Part shown: piece by piece, positions 28,866 to 37,800 of the stretch
Position numbering within the stretch: position 1 is the stretch's first letter
Layout: each line of letters begins with the position of its first letter
Assembly (NCBI RefSeq): GCF_002113885.1
Contig: NW_018407599.1
Location: forward strand, 4,157 to 68,156
Direction of reading: 5' to 3'
Source: Mizuhopecten yessoensis
Taxonomy: Eukaryota
DNA: 64,000 nt
Notes under the pieces: model-generated
What the model was told of the DNA's origin: nothing
Databases searched by the model: none
Seen by the model: only the letters and a program-made list of their open reading frames with translations
Position numbers and translations under genes: made by a program

Positions 28866-29614
28866 AAGCGTTCCCATACGTTGACTGCGATAGCGTCCCG
28901 ACACTTTGGCTTTGATAACTTCCCGGCTCATTGAGTATGAAAGAACGGCTCGACTCAGGATATTTACTGCGATAGCGTATCGACAATGATTTGCATAGCG
29001 TCATATTCTATCACAAGTACAACCGTTTGTCATTTTCTTTTTAATTTGAGTTTATTATTTTTGGATTTACCTGGTTTCATCTGTCGTATTGCAATAGGGT
29101 GAGTGATCACGATACTTTATGAATGCTATATAAAAAACGTACACTCTAAATAGAACCGGAAGTCGACTTTAAAGTGCAAACATGCTGTGTTATTAAAGAT
29201 AAACGACCAGTATACGCATATCTGTAGTAATATATCACAATAATTAGGGTGGACAGAAAATAATGAGGAAACATTACTGTTGGTGGTGTAATGTAGAGAG
29301 TTATGTCCACTGAAGGAGGCAGATAACTGTGAGGTCGGGAATGACCACTAAGTTCTGAACACACGTCCCGGCTAGTCACATCCGGGAGCTAATCTTTCTA
29401 TCAGTCAGTGTCCAGGTCAAAGTCTCACTTAGATTACTTCTGTCACGAATCAGTTACATGTACACTGGGGAGTTACAATCATGACAAATCATATATTGTA
29501 TTTCACTTTCGCGGTGGCGATTTAACTCTCTTCGGTCAACCACCTTTATCGCTCTGGTGTTGAACCATTGTAGTTGTCCTGTAATACCACAGACAGACAC
29601 ACAGTAATTCTATC

Positions 29615-30625
29615 ACGGGTCATACTGGGATATAGACCATTGGGTCCCCGGTCATACTTGGACAGAGACCATTGGGTACCGGGTCATACTGGGATAAAGA
29701 CCATTGGGTACCAGGTCATACTTGGACAGAGACCATTGGGTACCGGGTCATACTTGGACAGAGACCATTGGGTACCGGGTCATACTGGGTTATAGACCAT
29801 TGGGTCCCCGGTCATACTTGGACAGAGACCATTGGGTACCGGGTCATACTGGGATATAGACCATTGGGTCCCCGGTCATACTTGAACAGAGACCATTGGG
29901 TACCGGGTCATACTGGGATATTGACAATTGGGTACCGGGTCATACTTGGACAGAGACCATTAGGCCCCGGGTGATACAAGGGACAGAGAGCATTAATCCC
30001 TGGTTATATCTGCGATAGCGACCATTAGGCTCCGGGTGAGACAAGGGACAGAGAGCATTAGGCCCTGGTTATATCTGCGACAGAGGACATTAGGCCCCGG
30101 GTGATACAAGGGACAGGGAGCATTAGTCCCTGGTTATATATGCGATAGAGACCATTAGGTCCCGGGTAATACAAGGGACAGAGAGCACTAGTCCCTGGTT
30201 ATATCTGCGACAGATGCCATTAGGTCCCGGGTGATACAAGGGACAGAGAGCATTAGTCCCTGGTTATATCTGCGACAGAGGCCATTAGGTCCCGGGTGAT
30301 ACAAGGGACAGAGAGCATTAGTCCCTGGTTATATCTGCGACAGAGACCATTAGGTCCCGGGTGATAAAGGGACAGAGATCATTTGTCCCTGGTTATATCT
30401 GCGACAGAGGCCATTAGGCCCCGGGTGATACAAGGGACAGAGAGCATTAGTCCCTGGTTATATCTGCGATAGAGGCCATTAGGTCCCGGGTAATACAAGG
30501 GACAGAGAGCATTAGTCCCTGGTTATATCTGCGACAGAGACCATTAGGTCCCGGGTAATACAAGGGACAGAGATCATTAGTCCCTGGTTATATCTGCGAC
30601 AGAGGCCATTAGACCCCGGGTGATA
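29615..30625. repeat. 32-bp tandem repeat (GACCATTGGGTACCGGGTCATACTTGGACAGA) switching at about 29960 to a related 65-bp (33+32) dimeric repeat
   Basis: Direct periodicity; period 65 between 30241 and 30306. Confidence 0.92.
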
Positions 30626-32229
30626 GAAAACACATGACAAGCTGTTTTTATTTGTACGATATGTATTTAGCATAGGTTTACTCATTGCTGAATGAGGCGA
30701 TTAATATACATGTAACTTAACACAATATGTGAACAGTTCGGTAAGAATTTACATTTTCATTGCATTTGTTACCAATGTATCAACATTTGATGCTCTCATT
30801 GACCACCAGATGGCGTGTTATCAGCGGCCAGTGGTCAGTCGTATTGAAATTGTTCTTATCGGCATGTCCACTCAGAGAGAACCACGTGACACTCTTAGTG
30901 TATACTCTAGCCCAGTCATATGTCCCCTTCTAAGAAATTCTCGCTAAATAAATCCACAAAATTGTTTGTTTAAATTTCTCGCAATTATATATAAAAACGT
31001 CGTGATCAAGTAGAATAAGGTATGTACGGTACCCTCGGCTTTATCCGGGATTCATTCTAAAGCATAAAATACTCGTGTGGGATTTTAACGTGTAGAAACA
31101 CTGACAAACCAACATGTATACATTCAATTAAAGAATTTAAGTCAATGAAAATAACTATTACCGTTTAGGCGATACTATTCATTTCTGAGTTAGGGGTTCG
31201 GCTTGGTATCACGCTACGTCAAACATTAACACACCAGCTAGGAATCTAACACGTGGACTTCAGCTGTTTAAATTGCCATAAGTTTGAAACACAACAAATT
31301 ACTCAAATAAGCTCAACACTTCATAGCTTTGGCATCCCTGGGCCAGGGCCTTAACTGCCAAGTCACGGTCTTCGATTTGTTGAGCTTCAGAGTAACGGAG
31401 AACGCTGCGTGTGTCCTATATTCCCAGGAGTCTTTTCGCAATCCATTAATTTTACAATAGAAATGCTGCCATGCCTCGCCCTTTTCTACGATGTTACGTG
31501 CTACTGTAATGAGTTAAATCAGACCACAATCTCACCTACCGCGATCTGACGGTTTGTGTAGGTATACCAACAAACATTCGAAGAGAGAAAAAGCTCGGCG
31601 AAAAAAAAAAATTTCCAAATATTTTACTGTTGATGTAGATACTATGATACGAATACCGCAATTTACCAAAGGATTAGAGTAAGGGCTACTTCTATACCGG
31701 TGTTCCATTTATTAGTTTATTGTGGTGGATAAGATGTGCTAGGAAAGAAAGAAGAAACACGTTTCTAGTATTATAAAACATGGTTTATAAACATGTACAT
31801 ACATTGTAAATACATGTATGATATGTCTTACTGTACGAAATTTGTAATAAAGACACATATGTGTTATCACAGTATAATCACACAAACGAATCTAAAACCG
31901 TTATAGCAAATTTTGTAATGAAAATGTAGAAAAATGAGTCAATGCGAAAACAACAAAGTGCACCCTATACAACTTGAAATCCGCGAATGGTACCAAAGCC
32001 ATAGAGGAAGCCGCCGAGCCGAGGTTGTCCATACATAACCCATTCTTATTTATTGAAGCGTGCAGACCAACCTCAGAGCATAGCATGTCACAAACCATTT
32101 ACAGTAAAACACTTGTTACAAGGTGGCATTGACCTTCAGCAAACACGAGAATTTGTTTATTATAACAAATCTCAAATCTCTTTTCAAAACAGGTGTCTTA
32201 CCAAATTTAAACAACGTGAAAGCTATTGG

Positions 32230-32902
32230 TCTGTTCAAGCAGATAGAAATACCCATAGCCACTGTTACTGTTCAAGCAGATAGAACTACCCATAGCCACT
32301 GTTACTGTTGAAGCAGATAGAACTACCCATAACCACGGTTACTGTTCAAGCAGATAGAACTACCCATAGCCACTGTTATTGTTCAAGCAGATAGAACTAC
32401 CCATAGCCACGGTTACTGTTCAAGCACATATAACTACTCATAGCCACTGTTACTGTTCAAGCAGATAGAACTACTCATAATCACTGTTACTGTTCAAGCA
32501 GATAGAACTACTCATAGCCACTGTTATTGTTCAAGCAGATAGAACTACCCGTAGCCACTGTTACTGTTCAAGCAGATATAGCTACCCATAGCCACTGTTA
32601 CTGTTCAAGCAGATATAGCTACCCATAGCCACTATTACTGTTCAAGCAAATAGAACTACCCATAGCCACTGTTACTGTTCAAGCAGATAGAACTACCCGT
32701 AGCCACTGTTACTGTTCAAGCAGATATACCTACCCATAGTCACTGTTACTGTTCAAGCAGATAGAACTACCCATAGCCACTGTTACTGTTTAAGCAGATA
32801 AAACTACCCATAGCCACTGTTATTGTTCAAGCAGATAGAACTACCCATAGTCACTGTTACTGTTCAAGCAGATAAAACTACCCGTAGCCACTGTTACTGT
32901 TT
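32230..32902. repeat. Tandem repeat, 37-bp monomer (CTGTTCAAGCAGATAGAACTACCCATAGCCACTGTTA)
   Basis: Direct periodicity. Confidence 0.95.
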
Positions 32903-33282
32903 AAGTGAATATTTGTCTTTTACTTTACGATTGTTTCATATCATTTCCTTTGACATATTGTATCTACCTTTTATTGGCCCTAACGACCTGTTCTGCATTG
33001 ATTAACCGTTAAGATTCAATAAGGGGATCACGTGACCTCTAATGATTCAGTCCACAGAAAAAATGTCGGAAAAAATCTGCACTTCGGGGAACATGTTAGA
33101 GGTAAACTGACAAATTCCTTTGTTTTAGATATGTATACATATCCTTTTCCATTATGATGAATGGTTTAGTTGATATACTACTGGTTATCCTTTCTCATCA
33201 TTATCCGAATATCAATTGAAATTTTCATCACCATCATAAAAATCATCTTTTTATAATCATCATCTTCATCATTACCCTTGAA

Positions 33283-33357
<75 letters not shown>
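33283..33357. repeat. (CAT)n microsatellite
   Basis: About 25 perfect CAT units. Confidence 0.98.
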
Positions 33358-33360
<3 letters not shown>

Positions 33361-33474
33361 TTGATCATTTTCATTAATCATCATCATCAAGAACACTATT
33401 GTCATAACTTGCGAACAAGCAAAGAAGAAGTCTTATTATGTTTACCTGTACACACACACATACACACACACTAT

Positions 33475-33650
33475 TGTAATGCGGATTTACCTCTTCCGGA
33501 AATCGGGGTCCGGTCCCCGGATTTGATGTTAGACGCGGAAGCACGTTATCCGGTGTTCGTTGAGTTTTACCGCAATTAAAAGGTTGCACTGAAAACTCGG
33601 ACGATCTTTGTGTTGTTATTGAAGAACACAGCCAGCCATCCGGCATAACA
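33475..33650 (+). repeat. 5' LTR (176 bp, TGTAAT...ATAACA), ATTAAA at 33575
   Basis: Matches 40209-40384 except A33574 vs C40308. Confidence 0.98.
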
Positions 33651-33652
33651 AG

Positions 33653-33670
33653 TGGTGTCAGAAGTGGGAT
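33653..33670 (+). promoter_or_regulatory. Primer-binding site TGGTGTCAGAAGTGGGAT, complementary to the 3' end of tRNA-Leu (CAG/CAA)
   Basis: Starts 2 nt after the LTR. It is the reverse complement of ATCCCACTTCTGACACCA, the conserved metazoan tRNA-Leu 3' end. Confidence 0.93.
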
Positions 33671-33928
33671 TTTGCTTATACGCCCTGCAGGGAGTCCAAA
33701 ACCCGTTTCTTTTTGTGTAATATATTGCAATTCGTACCTCAAAGTGGACAGAGGTCTGCTACAGGTAATCGCGCTGCATTTTGTGTTTGTGGGTTGTTAC
33801 TCGTCATTTAAATGATTATTTTGTAATTTGATTACTATAACTCATTTATTACTTTCACAAAGTAAGAGCACAATAACTAATTTACTTGGTTTGGGTAATT
33901 TACTGTTTTGTGTGCCTATATTTAGCCT

Positions 33929-34822
33929 TTGTTCTTGTACTTTCGTTTTACATGTATTTTCGTATTGGTGTTCACTGCGAACACTGGAATTGCTTCCAAA
34001 CGAATCGTTCACTGCGAACGGTCAAACATTATCTTTCAGAGGTCGGAGAAGGATCTCGTAGACTACCTTAAATCACACAACGTGACAATACCACCTCACG
34101 AGGCTGATTTGACCCCCCTGCTAGTATCCGACAGCAAAGGAAAGCGCCTTGCAGTGGTACACAGGGGCAGTAATCCAAAACTTCCGATACAGTTCTCATG
34201 TAAAGGTGGTGCAAACTCATCAACCCTAGTATCCCTACTAAAAGAACAAATTCCCATCCTCAAGCAGAAATTTGGTAAACCTGTTTATGTTTATTTCTGG
34301 GCTGGTACATGCGACATAACCTCAAAGCAAGGCTGTTATATAAACATTTCTGGTACCTGTGTTAACACTATACACAAAATTATCAACTGCTACAAAAGAG
34401 CGAGGGACTACACAATAAAACAGGGGTGCAAAATTCAATTTATTGGAGTACCTGTTTATTCGGTTAGCCTTTACAATGATATCCAAGGTCACCATAATCC
34501 GAGCAAGTTTCTAGAAACAGATGCTGAAGTTGCCAGCCAGGTACACTTCTTGAACTCTCAAATTGAACTTCTCAACACAGAACTTGGTACCACAACACTT
34601 AAATTCAATGCTGATCTTCGTGATTGTCGAAAAAAGGGAAAAGAGCGATATTTCATAGAATTATTGGAGGACGGTCTCCACCCTGGGGAACTCTTGGCGA
34701 GGAAGTGGTTTAGGCGACTTGAATTAAATATTGTGAAAACTTGTTTTGTGGACCAGGACATTTTGGAAGTCCACGTCGACCAACAGGAACTGTTACAGTT
34801 AGCATTTGAACAAAATGTGTGA
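33929..34822 (+). CDS. Retrotransposon-borne SGNH/GDSL hydrolase-like ORF upstream of gag (true start uncertain, possibly 34040)
   Basis: Block I-like LLVSDSKG (S at 34133), block II KGGANS, block III WAGTCD (34304), block V EDGLHP (34670), in the correct order. 297 open codons, no in-frame ATG. Confidence 0.8.
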   Translation: MFLYFRFTCIFVLVFTANTGIASKRIVHCERSNIIFQRSEKDLVDYLKSHNVTIPPHEADLTPLLVSDSKGKRLAVVHRGSNPKLPIQFSCKGGANSSTLVSLLKEQIPILKQKFGKPVYVYFWAGTCDITSKQGCYINISGTCVNTIHKIINCYKRARDYTIKQGCKIQFIGVPVYSVSLYNDIQGHHNPSKFLETDAEVASQVHFLNSQIELLNTELGTTTLKFNADLRDCRKKGKERYFIELLEDGLHPGELLARKWFRRLELNIVKTCFVDQDILEVHVDQQELLQLAFEQNV

Positions 34823-37800
34823 TAAAGAACAAGAAGTCACACCAGGGGAAGGAGAGTCTTCAGTTGACACTGCGTCAGCTGCGGCATATGATATGCTTCA
34901 ATTCGTAATGAAAAGTTTTGATGAGCAGCGTGATACACAAATGAAGATGTTTCGGCAAACTATGGTGGAGTTTGAAGACGAAAAGAAACGAAGCTTCGAG
35001 GCACAAAGTGAAATGATGAAGTCCTTCATGCAAGAGACACGTCATGATATTCAAAATGCCATAGGACATCAAGCACCGCTTGCACAGAGTACATTTTCAT
35101 CTATGGGTCCACAACAGGAATTTGGAAGGTCGACAGACAGAGGATCGTTTGGTGGTTTTGACGAAGAACTCCGGGTGATCCAGGATAGAGAACGCTCATA
35201 TTCAAGTCCAAACTTAAATGGACAGAACTCTGCACTATCCAGTACCCCCTCATTGGAAAGACAGGATATGGGACGTATGCTGAACAGACATCAAGGAAAG
35301 GGTCCTCAAACAAAACTTCCAGTGTTTGAGGGAAAGGAGGATATAGAGGTTTTTATTGTTCCCTTTGAACGGTTAGCAGAGCGTTATAACTGGACAGACA
35401 ATGAGAAAGTGGACAGACTCTACGAATGTCTAAAAGGAAGGGCCATGTGGTACATCTGCTCCTTACCAAGGGAGATGAGAAGAGATTACAGGAATCTAAA
35501 GGATAGTCTGATCAAGCGGTTCGGACGAAGAGACCCACCCACAACAGCGAGATCAAAATTACACGAAGTAAGGCAACGCAGCCTAAGTAATGACGAATTT
35601 GGGGAAGAGGTTTGGCGCCTAGTTACCCTTGCTTATCCTAATGTAGATCTCGACTTGCAAGATCAATTGGCTGCAGAGGCATTCCTCAAGGGGTACAAGA
35701 ACCCCAAGGTATCTTATGATGTGTTGAACAAGAAACCAAAAACTATCAATGAGGCTATTGAAATGGTTACTTCACAAGAACATAACTTCAAAGCCACCAT
35801 CGGTAGGGAGAAAGAGATACGAGACAAGGCTCGGCGCGTTTCATGGGCTGATGGGGCTGGTGTAAAAAATGTCTCCGATGACGAAGAAGCGTTGAATACA
35901 CAGCGTGTTCAACTGCCAAACACTGCCTTAGAGTCGGACAACCTCAGTAAATTAGATGTTCGGATGAAACAGCTTGAGGATCTTGTTCGGAATAGCTCGC
36001 TAGAGTGTCGCGCAAGATTCGACCAGTTAGGGAACGAACGCCAAAGTGGGTTTAGCAAGGAAGGAAAGGAATGTTACAGATGTGGTGGTAAGGGACACTT
36101 CCAAAGAGATTGCAGCTCTAGGAGATCAAGATCGCCCACACCACCGAACAGTCCCCGTTCTCGCTCACCACAGCATGATGTTAAGATCACCCGGACCAAT
36201 AGGACAGAGAAAAGCATTATCGTCCCAGTAACGGTCAATGGAACAACAACTGAAGCGGTTATTGATACTGGGGCCGACGCCACAGTCATCTCTGAGAAAT
36301 GGGCAAATGAAATAAATTTGCTGTATGCTAAGCCAAAGAAAGAAATTCGTCTAATGACAGCTGAGGATGGTGCAGAGATGACAGGATTAGGTGTAGTCAC
36401 TGCGACTCTCCAAATTGGGGAAGAGGTGAGGGAATTACCAGTTGTGATAGCTCCTATCAGAGACAACATACTGGTGGGCATTGATCTACTCCAATCTGTA
36501 CAGGCCATTATCCATACTGGAGAAAAGAACCTGGAAGTCAACGGAAAAGTAATCCCAGGACACTCTCAGTTGAACAGATCTGGGACTGCTATTGCCAGGA
36601 GTATAGTTAGAGTACATGCAGATGTTGTGGTGCCACCAGGAAGTGAGAAAATAATCATCGGAAGATTGGAGACACCATCAGACACTTCTCAAGCAATACT
36701 GGAGGCATTCAATCATCAAAGCGGAATGCGAGTTGGGTCATGTCTTGTCTCTATGAATCAAACTATTCCTGTGAGAGTTCTCAACCTGAAGGATAGCGAG
36801 ATTAAACTCACAAATGGCACATTTCTAGGAAAAGTTGAGGAAGCTGACCTAGCTTGGGACCCAAATATGAGCAGGGAGCCTTCCGTAAACACCAGTGTCG
36901 AGCCAGAACATTTACAAGAGGCCCCTGGGACAAACGGAGAGGTTCCGTTGCATGTACAGGATATTTTTGAAGAGTCCTCAAAAGGACTGTCATCAAATCA
37001 AAAAGAGGATCTCTGTATGCTGCTGAATGACTTTCCTGATATATTTGCTAAGGATGACTACGACCTAGGCAGATTCAGCGGAGTCAGACATAAGATTGAC
37101 ACAGGTGAAAACAAACCTATACGTCAACCCGCAAGAAGGACACCATTGGGTTTTCAAGCTGAGGAGGACGCCCATCTACAAAAACTTCTTGACACTGGTG
37201 TTGTCATTCCATCTAGTTCTGAATGGGCATCACCGGTAGTACTTGTTCGCAAGAAAGATGGTGGTGTGCGTTGGTGCATAGACTATCGAAAGGTGAATGA
37301 GGTCAGTGTAAAAGATGCTTACCCACTTCCAAAAATTGAAGAGTGCCTTGATACGCTTAGTGGTGCGACTCTATTTTCCACCGTAGACTTAATGAGTGGC
37401 TACCACCAAATTGAAGTTGATGAGATGGACAGATCAAAGACCGCCTTTGTCACCAAACAGGGGCTCTTTGAGTACACCAGAATGCCTTTTGGCTTATCCA
37501 ACTCTCCCTCAACTTTCCAGCGTGCAATGGAGCTCGTACTTAGAGGGTTTCAGTGGGTCATACTTCTTATTTATCTGGACGATGTGATAGTGGCATCCAG
37601 GTCTTTTGAAGAACATATGCAACATCTGCGTCAGGTTTTCTCCCGGATCCGTGAACACGGTCTGAAGCTGAAAGCCAAGAAGTGCCGTTTGTTTCGTGAG
37701 GAAGTCCTCTTCCTGGGACACATTATTAACGGTGATGGAATCTCCACCAATCCAAAGTTGGTAGATGACGTCCTGAATTGGCCTGTGCCAAGCAACTGTA

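Noticed and set aside
33178-33405. Poly-Met ORF
   Set aside because: Reverse strand of the (CAT)n microsatellite.
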